From the NCBI GenBank assembly GCA_051362555.1, contig CM120644.1, positions 18,126,534 through 18,190,533 of the forward strand: a stretch of 64,000 nucleotides of DNA, read 5' to 3'. The stretch is from Lingula anatina (Eukaryota > Animalia > Brachiopoda). Below are positions 42,456-55,092 of this stretch, one piece after another; the first letter of the stretch is position 1; each line of letters starts with the position of its first letter. A program made the translations under genes and the position numbers. The notes beneath the pieces are model-generated. The model had not been told where the DNA came from, did not search any database, and saw only the letters and a program-made list of their open reading frames with translations.

Positions 42456-43715
42456 TAGTAACATAACACCCCCATACATGTAGAAAAATAATAAAAGTAT
42501 ACTAGATAGTAAAAATTGTCTTACAAATGTTAGAATGAATGTAAATGTTATAATTATGATAGATACTGTACATGACTTAATAAAACGTGCAGGTGACTAA
42601 TGTTTTTGTCTGAACAAGAAACCTTTTTTACTTTAACATCCTTTCCACTGTAAACATGCTAAACATAAAAATAAATGTCAGTGAATTCAGCTTTATACAA
42701 CTAAACATGCTGGTTGCAGACTGTCAAGGAAAGTAACAAGCCAGTAGTAAAATATTCATAGGCAGCCTATATACGTTTAAACGTAAAAATTGAAAAATAG
42801 AAAATGATACAACAGTTGCTGTTTTTGAAGAGGTGGTATGTCACCGTCCCCTTGTTCCAGACGAGGACACTAACTCCAAGGTGTCTGGTCGTTGTCATTT
42901 ACATTGGTGTGTATAGGATGGAAATTGTGTCATTAATGTCATTAAGATGCCGTGAAGATTTGCAAGATATGCAGAAACTATTAGGGCAAATTAAAAAATA
43001 TATTAAAATACAGCATAATTTCCCCATAAAACCAATTAACAATTTAGAAAATCAATAAAAACAGGTTTATTTTTACATTCGGCAATTTATTAATCAATTT
43101 TTAAGCAATTTAAAAAACAATGATAATTCTAAAAAAAAACTAATTTGTAAAATTCTCAGATGGTTAAATTAAGCGAATTTTAATGTTGCACATTGTATTC
43201 CTTGGGCCAGCTGACTTAAAAAATGTTTCAGTAAGTTTTAAGACGCCTTTAAATAGGTTACAGTAACATTTGTCCTACTTATTGCAAGTTTCTGGTAGGA
43301 ACATAGTGAACAAGTAGACCTTTAAGTAATTTTTATAAAGAAGCGTCATATGCATAAATGGGGACATATATGCTTTTCAAGGAGAATAAGAATGAAGCCA
43401 GAAATGTATTCCATTATTAATGGAATATTTTGTGAAAAAGCATTTCTCTGGCTGTTGTCGGCAATTTTGAGAATGTAGAATGGCATCAGAGAACCGACCT
43501 CCCGTCATATTTGTGAAGCAGCTCCCCCTTTAACATTAATAGACCACATTAAAAATATCAAAATGCCTATTCTCACAGAAAAGAACTTGTTCAAACCTAA
43601 ACTAAAATACTATCAGTCCGTGCAGGCACTACAGCATTGGTCAAAAAGGTTGTCCCACCCCCATTTCCATGTACTTTTATTTAAAAACGTGGACCAACTC
43701 CCCCAACTTGTTTAA

Positions 43716-43758
<43 letters not shown>

Positions 43759-45283
43759 TGTTTGTTTTATTTATAGTCTAAAATCCATATGAGTTGTTCA
43801 GTAGACTTTACATGGGTAAAATGAATAAAATTAAGATGAATAAAGCTGATAAATAAATAAATAGAAAATTAATATATGAAGATATATAGTACAATGTAAA
43901 GCTAAGAAGCTAGTTAAATCAGTAATAAAACTTTTTAATCTTGGTGGAATTTGTAATTATATCACAGCACGCATGCTGCTCGATAATTTTCGTTTTAAAA
44001 TATGACACGGCACTTAAGCTGATATTTAACTGAAAGGTAACAGTGAATATGTTGGCTGGAATGCATAGCACAGTACCCCTGTATATGTGCAGGGGCATAT
44101 GCCTCCGATTAATGATGTACTACTAATGGTTTGCCTCCATAAACCACACGTAGAATACGCAGCAATAATTGCTAGCTATACTGGGGCTGGGGATCCCACT
44201 GTAAAGTTTACATAACATGAATAATTGAATATTATACTTTGAGCCATACACACTTACGAAATACTAAGTCGATTTGTTGGATATCATAGTTCCACGGACA
44301 GTCAATGTTGAAAGTGTTACAATGAGTAAAATTATTGATCTGGACACTGCTGTCCACACATTGTACATATTTCTTACCAGGTGTATGCCCTCCACGTCTA
44401 AAGCAGCTGTATTGCTTGGAGGAAAGTAGTCTTCTTCGATTACATGATATCCCACATCCTCCGGTTGAAGATGCTGTCACACGTGCGTTTCCCCTATTCG
44501 ACGTGTTTTCACCAACAGCTTTAAGCATATCCCTTTGTATCTTTAAATGTAAACATTGAACTACATTTTCATACGGGTTGTCAAGTGACATTATTTTTAC
44601 TTATGCACACTGTTCATTAGTGGTGTGTCAAGTCTTCTGGGCAAACATCCTTACAATTATTATAATAATAATCATATCAATAATTTTGTGCAGTTTTTAG
44701 ACATATTGTGGACATTGTTGTATAAAGAAAGTGTAACCAATCAAAATATGTGCGTTGCCAATTAGCACGTATCAGTTGTAAATACTACTGATGACTGACA
44801 AATTACATGAAACTTTCATCCACATGACATACTAAAAGGAAATTAAATTAATTATTGAAACATACATGTAAAGAGTATGGTTTAGATGTCATTTTCGTTG
44901 TGTTAAACTCGCTGCTTACTGGTACTTTCGCGTATGTGGTTAGTGAAACATTTCGACCATTCTCATACCATCCCAACATATTATAACAATATTTACTCAG
45001 TCAATGAATTTCAATTTAATATGCTTTGTTTGTAACCTTGTTTTTTACTTCTATTTTTGTCAGGAAAAAGAAATATTTTACTTCTTGAAGTAGTCACTTG
45101 AAAATATATTTTTAATCGAGGCTTAAGTTCATGCAAATAAAAAAGAAATAATAAAATGGCTCAATCAATGGTGCACAGTTCAACAGCAACAGAAAAGAAT
45201 AATTCAGATGAGAAATGTCAGAAAAGCTACCATTCATTCAAAATCAAATGGATAACCGTCAATTGACATTTTCGTCAACTCAT

Positions 45284-46170
45284 TTAATCTCGAGACCCAA
45301 AAATGTAAGAAGCGGAGTCAGCTGCTTCGTCGTAGGTAAAATGTTTGATTCCGTATGAAAACTCCTCAATATCAATAACGTTATTTCCATCACGGTCAAT
45401 GGCACGGAAAATGACATGAATGTCAGTCGTGTCACGAAATATGTCAAGGAATTTTGAATACTCGTTCAGTGTTAATTCTTCATTGCAGTTGACGTCAACA
45501 ATATAGAAAAAGTCCAAAGCAAAGTCGACTACCTCATCACCCGTATAGTCTATATACTTCTCAAAAGATTGGATCCAATCATCAAATGTAATGGATGTTT
45601 TATAGTCGGTGAATTCATTTGACCACCATGTGTGATACGCATTGGTCATAACACCATACACTGCTTTAGCTCTCCATGATGGCAAAATACGCTTAGCACG
45701 GTCGGTTGTCGCAACAGTGTGTTCCATTCCCGTTACAATTCCATCTTGGTTGACGTCAAAGACGTCAAACATTTTTTTCTGCTTAGATACCCAATACGGT
45801 GTAAAATTTTCATTGTTGTCCTGTTCAGGCTATAAAGAAAAAAACACTTTTTAAAATTCGCGTCTAAAGAGATACTTAAGAAAATCCCATGAACACAAAA
45901 GTAGTCTATAAGTAAATTTAATTTTTAAGAATATGTGTAATTTTCATTGCCCCTTTACTGATGCATGATACTCTCTCTACATCTACCCCGGTACGTATTT
46001 GCTACCTTGAGCTTGCTCCTTTAAATTTTGACTTTTACTTGGTTAGCTGGTCCCAATATCCAACGTACAAGAAGAGAAAAACTATCCTGTAGTACCTTCA
46101 CTCCATCTGATGAATCCACAGTTGGGACAATCACAATGAATAACAAAATTCCAAGTTTGTTGAAATACAT
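45284..46170 (-). CDS. Secreted EF-hand protein, SCP/CBP/aequorin superfamily, copy 2 (~206 aa)
   Basis: Exon 46170-46096 encodes MYFNKLGILLFIVIVPTVDSSDGVK (donor GTACTA). Exon 45829-45284 (acceptor ttatag; an alternative in-frame cag lies 9 nt further in) encodes PEQDNNENFTPYWVSKQKKMFDVFDVNQDGIVTGME...DVNCNEELTLNE...DRDGNNVIDIEE...IFGSRD. Closest to copy 1. Confidence 0.85.
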
Positions 46171-46360
46171 TTTACCAGGTCTTGTTCACTGAAACGAGCA
46201 AATAACAGAAAAACGCAGATACATATGTAACACAACGCCCTTTGTACATGAAGGTGGAAGTCCTCTGTAATTGAGAATTTAGAGAGACAAGAATTTTCAT
46301 ATACGATAAATATTTGTTGGTAACCGAAATGTAAAATTTCTATATAATTGGAGTCTGCAA

Positions 46361-46395
<35 letters not shown>

Positions 46396-46936
46396 GTTCA
46401 TTATAGTCTCAGAGTAACACACACGAGGAAGGTCACATTTATAAAACGAAATCTTTCTTAAGGTACAGCTTAAAGGGACGGGGAATATTTTATACACTTT
46501 TTACTGACCATTAATAGATGAAGATTATATTTTGAGATATAACTATGTCAATCAATATCCTATCACCATGGAGATCTTGTAGTTCAATTACGTACAGATC
46601 TGAACACTGCTGCCCACACACTGAACATAATTCTTACCAGATGTCTGTGTTACTGGTCTATGGCAACTCTATTACCCCCCAGGAGAGAAGTCTTCTAAAT
46701 GACAGTGTACTTCACTGTTCTCCAGTTACATACGCTTTAATTGTCACGCGTTTCCCCTATTCGATATTTTATCAGTACCATGTCACCACCAGGTTTAAGA
46801 GAAGTTTCATTGTGTGTCTTTAAACGCAAACATCTGTCTACATATCCATGAGGGGTGCCAAGTGATGCTTTATCATAATTAGACCTAGATATTTTCACAT
46901 TAACTGACATGCACAAATTCACTTTTTAGGACCAAA

Positions 46937-47081
46937 GCTCCGTAATTCGAAAACATCGCGAATTGCGATAGCAATATCACCTTTCATTTCGCGGCTATTA
47001 TATGGGGCGAGCGAATGCCGAATTATGGAATAGAGACGCTTGCGCTCGGTCGCAATTCGCGATGCTTTAGAGTTACGGAGA
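46937..47081. mobile_element. Palindromic MITE related to 32802-32947
   Basis: CTCCGTAATTCGAAAACATCGCGAATTGCGA / TCGCAATTCGCGATGCTTTAGAGTTACGGAG. Confidence 0.65.
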
Positions 47082-48166
47082 CCAGAAGCTCTTAAAGAAA
47101 TAAGGAAGACAAAAGAAAGTTTACTGGACTGAGACGGGTTCAAAGGGAATATACTGACGGTCTACTTTACAAAGATCACTCCCACAACTTTAGACATTTT
47201 CAAGGTTTGAATTATATCAACTGCAAAGATTTGATTGTGTACATGGATTATCATAGGTTAAGAAACGTAGTTTTTTTTACATAAAACATATTGTGTCAAA
47301 CTGTTCTTATGTCTCCTCATTAACCCAAGCGAAAGGATAAGTAAAAATAAATATCAAAACAAATAGTGCACATATTTTCATCTGTGGGGTTGCAAAGAGG
47401 CCAACAATTGAAACCAGAAATAGAGTGAAAAATTCAAACCAATATAACGTAAGCCGAAATAATGCGAGCCAAAATATGGCAAAATATGGTGTATATGATT
47501 TTTATAAATATGCTGTATTTTTAGAACACTTTCATGTCACTTCAAATAAAAAATAACACTAAAACACTAAAAAATACACTGCCAGTATATCCCACCTCTT
47601 TTTATCCAAGGAACTTTATAATATAAAAACATGTTGTAGTCATTGCAATTGGGCAGGGGTGTCCATGTTCCATGTATCAACCTCACCAGTACAATAGCCA
47701 CGCTATGATTCTAATAGACATCTCATGGGTTGAATATGAACATCACGAAAATAACAAAATAGATGTAAATGACGAGAAACGTAAAATAGACACGTAGGTC
47801 AGGCAGGATGATTTAATTGTTTATTCTATATAAGATATACATGTATATGCTATACCAAGCATACAGTAGAGCCAATGTTTAAAATTCTAGGAATGCCTTA
47901 TGTTCGCTTGCCTGGCACTGTTCCGAGGTGAATCAACTTATAGGAAAAAATAAACTGATTGAAAACGTTGAAATTGATTTTCTGGACAAACAACACTACA
48001 TGTACATAAGACAATTGCCAAATCTAAAACACAGCACAACAACAGCGCACCCAATTAAAAAAACCTAAACCAAAGCGAGTGCACACACGTTTAAAAATTC
48101 AAAAGGTAAAATGTAATCTAAAAGGCCAGGGTTGATTTAAAGGGGCACCTCTTTATCATCGCCTGC

Positions 48167-48248
48167 TTAATAACGAGTGCCTAAAAAGACATCAGAGGAG
48201 CTGAGTTCTTGACCAACCCAGTAGTCCTATTAACTCTTTGGTATCAAT
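48167..48248 (-). pseudogene. Frameshifted relic of the last ~27 codons of an EF-hand paralog
   Basis: Reads IDTKELI/fs/DYWVGQELSSSDVFLGTRY*, versus copy 3 IDTNEFIDASMDYWVGQELSPSDVILGTRY*; an 11-nt deletion causes the frameshift. Confidence 0.8.
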
Positions 48249-48355
48249 TAATAACACAAATTCAGAAAGACAAAGAAAACAAAAATTTAAAAATCCGAAG
48301 CATGAACATGTATTGTAAATAGCCATGCCTGAATTTAGTGTTTATTATCGCAAGT

Positions 48356-51300
48356 TTAATAACGAGTGCCTAAAATGACATCAGAGGGGCTGAGCTCTTG
48401 ACCAACCCAGTAGTCCATAGAAGCGTCTATGAACTCGTTGGTATCAATCACACCATCTTTATTCCAATCAATAGCATCAAATATATCCTTAACCTTAGCA
48501 GTGTTACGAAACATAGTCAGGAAGTTGGAATATTCATATACCATCAATTTATTATCGCAGTTGAGATCAAACACGCCAAGCCACTCTTTTGTCTTTTTGG
48601 CGATCTCTTCTCTTGAAATAGGGACTTCAACTTCGTCAGACCGAAGCAAATCTTCAAATGTGATGGATTTTGAATAATTGGTGTATTCATTTGACCACCA
48701 CTGGTAAAAGTCATTGTACAATATACCATTGGCCGCCATGGCTCTCCAAGATGGGATGACTTGTTTAGCTCGCTCGGTTGTTGAACCGACGTATTCCTCT
48801 TCAGTCACCAAGCCATTTTCATCAACGTCCATGATATCAAAGAATTCTTTGTACTTGAAAATCCAGTGTGCACTAAAGTTTCCTTTGGAGTTCTAAAATA
48901 ATTAATAATAATAATAACTAGAGGATCAGAGAGGCGATACCGCCTCCGAATATTGTACCACCAGCTGGAGCAAGCGCATTCGTATAGACCCCCACATACG
49001 CAAAATAAGGGACACAGCCACCAGTCTTATGCTTGACAAGCTGTAAAAATGCAATCAACAAGAATTTTCAAAATACGCAAAAAATATATATAACTTAAAA
49101 TGGTACAATCAAAGTTAAGTTCATTGTAAGGTAGGTCAAAGGTCAATTTCAAGGTCACAGTAAATTTCCAGTATATGACTTCCTATTCAACTTCAATAGT
49201 AACTATGGACCTATCTCTGCCAGGTTTGGAGTTAAAAGAAAAAGAAATTAGCAGAGTTCAGTTCATGATTATAAGTAGGTCAAAGGTCAATTTCAAGGTC
49301 ACACTTATATTGCCAGTATATGACTTCCTATTCAAGTTCAATAGTAACTATGGACCTATCTCGCTAGTTTTGGAAATAAAAGGGAACCAAAATTTGCAAA
49401 GTTCAATTCATGATAAAAAGTAGGTCAAAGGTCAATTTCAAGGTCACATTTAGATTGCCAGTATATGACTTCCTATTCAAGTTCAATAGTAACTATGGAC
49501 CTATCTCTGCCAGTTTTGGAGATAAAAGGGAACCAAAATTTGCAAAGTTCAATTCATGATAAAAAGTAGGTCAAAGGTCAATTTCAAGGTCACATTTAGA
49601 TTGCCAGTATATGACTTCCTATTCAACTTCAATAGTAACTATGGACCTATCTCTGCCAGGTTTGGAGTTAAAAGAGAAAGAAATTAGCAGAGTTCAGTTC
49701 ATGATTATAAGTAGGTCAAAGGTCAATTTCAAGGTCACACTTATATTGCCAGTATATGACTTCCTATTCAAGTTCAATAGTAACTATGGACCTATCTCGC
49801 TAGTTTTGGAAATAAAAGGGAACCAAAATTTGCAAAGTTCAATTCATGATAAAAAGTAGGTCAAAGGTCAATTTCAAGGTCACATTTAGATTGCCAGTAT
49901 ATGACTTCCTATTCAAGTTCAATAGTAACTATGGACCTATCTCTGCCAGTTTTGGAGATAAAAGGGAACCAAAATTTGCAAAGTTCAATTCATGATAAAA
50001 AGTAGGTCAAAGGTCAATTTCAAGGTCACATTTAGATTGCCAGTATATGACTTCCTATTCAACTTCAATAGTAACTATGGACCTATCTCTGCCAGGTTTG
50101 GAGTTAAAAGAGAAAGAAATTAGCAGAGTTCAGTTCATGGTGAAAAGTAGGTCAAAGGTCAATTTTAAGGTCACATTTAGATTGCCAGTATATGACTTCC
50201 TATTCAACTTCAATAGTAACTATGGACCTATCTCTGCTAGTTTTGGAGATAAAGGGAAGCAAAATTTCCAAAGTTCAGTTCATGGTGAAAAGTAGGTCAA
50301 AGGTCAATTTCAAGGTCACATTTAGATTGCCAGTATATGACTTCATATTCAAGTTCAATAGAAACTATGAACCTATCTCTGCCAGTTTTGGAGATAAAAG
50401 GGAGGCAAAATTTGCAAAGTTCAGTTCATGGTGAAAAGTAGGTCAAAGGTCAATTTCAAGGTCACAGTAAGATTGCCAGTACATGACTTCCTATTAAAGT
50501 TCAATAGTAACTATGGACCTATCTCTGCCAGTTTTGGAGATAAAAGGGAACCAAAATTTGCAAAGTTCAATTCATGATAAAAAGTAGGTCAAAGGTCAAT
50601 TTCAAGGTCACATTTAGATTGCCAGTATATGACTTCCTATTCAACTTCAATAGTAACTATGGACCTATCTCTGCCAGTTTTGGAGATAAAAGGGAACCAA
50701 AATTTGCAAAGTTCAATTCATGATAAAAAGTAGGTCAAAGGTCAATTTCAAGGTCACATTTAGATTGCCAGTATATGACTTCCTATTCAACTTCAATAGT
50801 AACTATGGACCTATCTCTGCCAGGTTTGGAGTTAAAAGAGAAAGAAATTAGCAGAGTTCAGTTCATGGTGAAAAGTAGGTCAAAGGTCAATTTTAAGGTC
50901 ACATTTAGATTGCCAGTATATGACTTCCTATTCAACTTCAATAGTAACTATGGACCTATCTCTGCTAGTTTTGGAGATAAAGGGAAACAAAATTTCCAAA
51001 GTTCAGTTCATGGTGAAAAGTAGGTCAAAGGTCAATTTCAAGGTCACATTTAGATTGCCAGTATATGACTTCATATTCAAGTTCAATAGAAACTATGAAC
51101 CTATCTCTGCCAGTTTTGGAGATAAAAGGGAGGCAAAATTTGCAAAGTTCAGTTCATGGTGAAAAGTAGGTCAAAGGTCAATTTCAAGGTCACAGTAAGA
51201 TTGCCAGTACATGACTTCCTATTAAAGTTCAATAGTAACTATGGACCTATCTCTGCCAGTTTTGGAGATAAAAGGGAACCAAAATTTGCAAAGTTCAATT

Positions 51301-54300
51301 CATGATAAAAAGTAGGTCAAAGGTCAATTTCAAGGTCACATTTAGATTGCCAGTATATGACTTCCTATTCAACTTCAATAGTAACTATGGACCTATCTCT
51401 GCCAGTTTTGGAGATAAAAGGGAAGCAAAATTTGCAAAGTTCAATTCATGGTGTAAAGTAGGTCAAAGGTCAATTTTAAGGTCACATTTAGATTGCCAGT
51501 ATATGACTTCCTATTCAAGTTCAATAGTAACTATGGACCTATCTCTGCCAGTTTTGGAGATAAAAGGGAAGCAAAATTTGCAAAGTTCAGTTCATGGTGA
51601 AAAGTAGGTCAAAGGTCAATTTTAAGGTCACATTTAGATTGCCAGTATATGACTTCCTATTCAAGTTCAATAGTAACTATGGACCTATCTCTGCCAGTTT
51701 TGGAGATATAAGGGACTAAATGTTATAATTTTGGAGTTACCATAATGTGCCTTAAATTTCGTACAGAAAAAATTAATTAAAATAAAGAAAATGTCATTTT
51801 GGTCAAAATTCTTGAAATAGGAGGTGCTCTGAAGTTTCAGAAGTTCAAGTTTGATGAAATAATGTCATTTTTGAACACATTGTCTGCTTTGCCAAGCCTT
51901 ATGTTTTATTTTTCCAGAGTTCAAAATTTATTATCCATTACCGTACTGCACATTTTGCTTTTACCACCAATATGTACTTTTTTATACAGCGTAACTCGAA
52001 AACCGTATGGAATACAAAAAAACCCGAGACCACCTCCAGTATTGGGCTTTACATGCAAAGTTCAGTTCATGGTGAAAAGTAGGTCAAAGGTCAATTTTAA
52101 GGTCACATTTAATTGCCAGTATATGACTTCCTATTCAAGTTCAGTAGTAACTATGGACCTATCTCTGCCAGTTTTGGAGATAAAAGGGAAGCAAATTTTG
52201 CAAAGTTCAGTTCATGGTGAAAAGTAGGTCAAAGGTCAATTTTAAGGTCACATTTAGATTGCCAGTATATGACTTCCTATTCAAGTTCAATAGTAACTAT
52301 GGACCTATCTCTGCCAGTTTTGGAGATAAAACGGAAGCAAATTTTGCAAAGTTCAGTTTATGGTGAAAAGTAGGTCAAAGGTCAATTTTAAGGTCACATT
52401 TAGATTGCCAGTATATGACTTCCTATTCAAGTTCAATAGTAACTACGGACCTATCTCTGCCAGTTTTGGAGATAAAAGGAAAGCAAAATTTGCAAAGTTC
52501 AGTTTATGGTGAAAAGTAGGTCAAAGGTCAATTTTAAGGTCACATATAGATTGCTAGTATATGACTTCCTATTCAAGTTCAATAGTAACTATGGGCCTAT
52601 CTCTGCCAGTTTTGGAGATAAAAGGGAAGAAAAATTTGCAAAGTTCAGTTCATGGTGAAAAGTAGGTCAAAGGTCAATTTTAAGGTCACATATAGATTGC
52701 CAGTATATGACTTCCTATCCAACTTCAATAGTAACTATAGACCTATCTCTGCCAGTTTTGGAGATATAAGGGACTAAATGCTATAATTTTGGAGTTACCA
52801 TAATGTGCCTTAAATTTCGTACAGAAAAAATTAATTAAAATAAAGAAAATGTCATTTTGGTCAAAATTCTTGAAATAGGAGGTGCTCTGAAGTTTCAGAA
52901 GTTCAAATTTGATGAAATTATGTCATTTTTGAACACAAGTTGTCTGCTTTGCCAAGCCTAATGTTTTATTTTTCCAGAGTTCAAAATTTATTATCCATTA
53001 CCGTACTGCACATTTTGCTTTTACCACCAATATGTACTTTTTGATACAGCGTAACTCGAAAACCGTATGGAATACAAAAAAACCGAGACCACCTCCAGTG
53101 TTGGGCTTTACATGCTCTACAAAATGCAAAAAAGAATGGGTCTCTAGCATTAACGGTTCCCGAATTAGAGACAGTTTTCAGTTTCGGTATCTTATGGCCG
53201 CTACTCCCGTGAAAATGCACCGATTGACCCCAAATTCATGGAGATGAAAGATGACCTGAAGGGTAACACTTTCCAATAATATTATTGGTTAAGTCTGTGT
53301 GGTGTCTGAATAACAGGGCAAAAAAATTTTTTTTCGTAAAAAATTTCATTTTTTTGAAAATTTTGGCCCATTTGACCTTGAAGTAAAGGTCAAAGGTCAA
53401 ATCCAAGGGTATATTTGAAATCTACACATATGACTTTTGGAAAGCCGTCTATAGAAATTTTTCCCATAACTCCTTCCGTAGGGTAGATAATTAGCATTTA
53501 ATTTTGCCATTTTTAGACAAGGGTGCATTGCAATGAGTGCCACACCCAGACCCCAATACCGACAAAGCCCAAATTTTACGTGGAACGAGTTGAGATTATA
53601 GGTGACCTAAATCCATGAGATGGGTATGGGGGGCCTTACCGTCTAGGAGGAGAAGCGGTAACGGTAGCCGTCCGGCGGAGCCGGCGGAGCCGGCGGAACG
53701 ATCCGGACGAGACCGAAACCATGTGTACCGCCAGCGCTAACGCTGGTGGTACAATAAAAGCATAAGGTGAACAAACATTGCCTATTGTGCACTTTAATTT
53801 TGTTTGTTTTTACAGCCAGTATATCCCACCTCTTTTTATCCAGGGAACTTTATAATATAACTTAAACTTAACCCCTTTAAACCCCCTTTACGCTGGGCGG
53901 CGACCTTTCTGTGTCCTTGTGCGACCAGGAAACTGGCATAGCTGTGGTCGTAGAAAGGAGGCACACGCATCACTTTGATTGCAGAATGAATGCTCAATGA
54001 TCGGCACGTAAAGGAAAAAATTCATACGGTACCGTATTACGGGAAGCAGAAAAGAAGCCGTCCAGTGTAAAGCGGACTTTAATCACTGCGCCAAGCTCCA
54101 ATGACCAAGTGTTTCTCGTGGTTTCTTGCCGTTCACGTGTATATCATTCCCCTTTGAAGTTTTTCCTGCGCTATTATCCTATGATCACCCTGAGCTTCAG
54201 AGCTAACTTGACACTAACCTTTTCACTGTAGCCTATCTCCATCGTGTCAAGTAACCTCTGACCAGATTCGAGTGCCCCCGCCGCCCGCCAATCAAATTTA

Positions 54301-55092
54301 AAGCCCGCACTCAATGACTCATTGAACGATCTAGCCAATGAACGCGAACGAGTCAAAGCGCGCTTTGTTCAAATCCGGACCAATCAAAGATAAGGCTGAA
54401 TATCAGGGACTTGCCGTAACCTGTGGGCAGCACGCAAAATACATCATCCCTCAGTAGATAATGATGCAGGGCATCACACTCCTCTGGTTTCAATTCCGAT
54501 ATACTCCATGCTTTCTTTGTGTACGGTTATGCACTCGGAACTACTCGGATGTCTCCGCACTCGACAATAACTATGTTGTTAGTATGGAGCTTGCGGAATC
54601 AGCCGAGGATTGCCGATTGACGATCAACCAATCAGCGTTTTCACCAAACTTTGGTGAAAAATTTTGAAACATGGATTCGATTGGCTTATATAAACTAGGT
54701 CAAACTATTTTCGTCAGAGGTTACTTGACACGATGGAGATAGGCTACAGTGAAAAGGTTAGTGTCAAGTTAGCTCTGAAGCTCAGGGTGCCTATGATGGG
54801 TTCTCTTTACAATTATACAATGCAGTATCATTCATATTTTCTATGCATTACAAAATGTACTTTGTGATTCCTATAAAATTAATTAACTGACGCAATTTGT
54901 TGTCCATTAACTGTTCACAGTAACTGTTTACGATTCATGTACAGCAGACACCCGATTTAGAGAAGTCTAGCTTCTTAAAATATTCAAAGACAATAACAAA
55001 TTTGTGTCTGGACCTACCTTTACCATCTTCGAAAAGCAGATAGTTTGAACGACCATAAGAAGGAGAAGAACTTTCAGATTGTTTGAGGACAT
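48356..55092 (-). CDS. Secreted EF-hand protein, SCP/CBP/aequorin superfamily, copy 3 (~203 aa); 6.1-kb TE-expanded intron
   Basis: Exon 55092-55018 encodes MSSNNLKVLLLLMVVQTICFSKMVK (donor GTAGGT). Exon 48892-48356 (acceptor ttttag) encodes NSKGNFSAHWIFKYKEFFDIMDVDENGLVTEEE...DLNCDNKLMVYE...DWNKDGVIDTNE...ILGTRY. Intron remnants align with the 441-nt intron of copy 4. Confidence 0.8.
48916..53756 (-). mobile_element. Helentron/Helitron2-type non-autonomous element (HINE/DINE-like) with internal tandem array
   Basis: 14-bp subterminal inverted repeats ATTGTACCACCAGC (48952-48965) / GCTGGTGGTACAAT (53742-53755). 5' hairpin with internal IR (53724-53736), short (CCGGCGGAG)n microrepeat, 3' hairpin GAGGCG-ATAC-CGCCTC (48931-48946), and terminal CTAG-TT. 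Absent from the paralogous copy-4 intron. Confidence 0.82.
49120..52770. repeat. ~146-bp tandem satellite (about 18 + 5 monomers) inside the Helentron-like element, split by a duplicated ~345-bp non-repeat block (about 51710-52057 = 52770-53115)
   Basis: Monomer AAGTAGGTCAAAGGTCAATTTCAAGGTCACATTTAGATTGCCAGTATATGACTTCC... recurs every 145-146 nt. Near-identical ORFs start at 49175/49611/50047/50775. Confidence 0.95.
53880..54078. mobile_element. Small degenerate MITE in the copy-3 intron
   Basis: Imperfect inverted ends CCCCCTTTACGCTGGGCGGC / GCCGTCCAGTGTAAAGCGG; absent from the copy-4 intron. Confidence 0.5.
54186..54789. mobile_element. 604-bp non-autonomous DNA transposon, perfect 77-bp TIRs, 8-bp TSD CCTATGAT (hAT- or P-like)
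   Basis: TIRs at 54186-54262 and 54713-54789 are exact reverse complements. TSD at 54178-54185 and 54790-54797. The copy-4 intron has the empty site. Confidence 0.92.

Noticed and set aside
49120-52770. CRISPR-like regular repeat, and repeated 80-aa ORFs
   Set aside because: Head-to-tail satellite monomers with no unique spacers, in a eukaryotic context with no cas genes; the ORFs are by-products of the repeat.
54080-54180. Possible middle exon in the EF-hand copy 3/4 introns (DNSAGKTSKG...)
   Set aside because: The copy-4 equivalent has in-frame stops, no good conserved donor is present, and direct splicing is already in phase.
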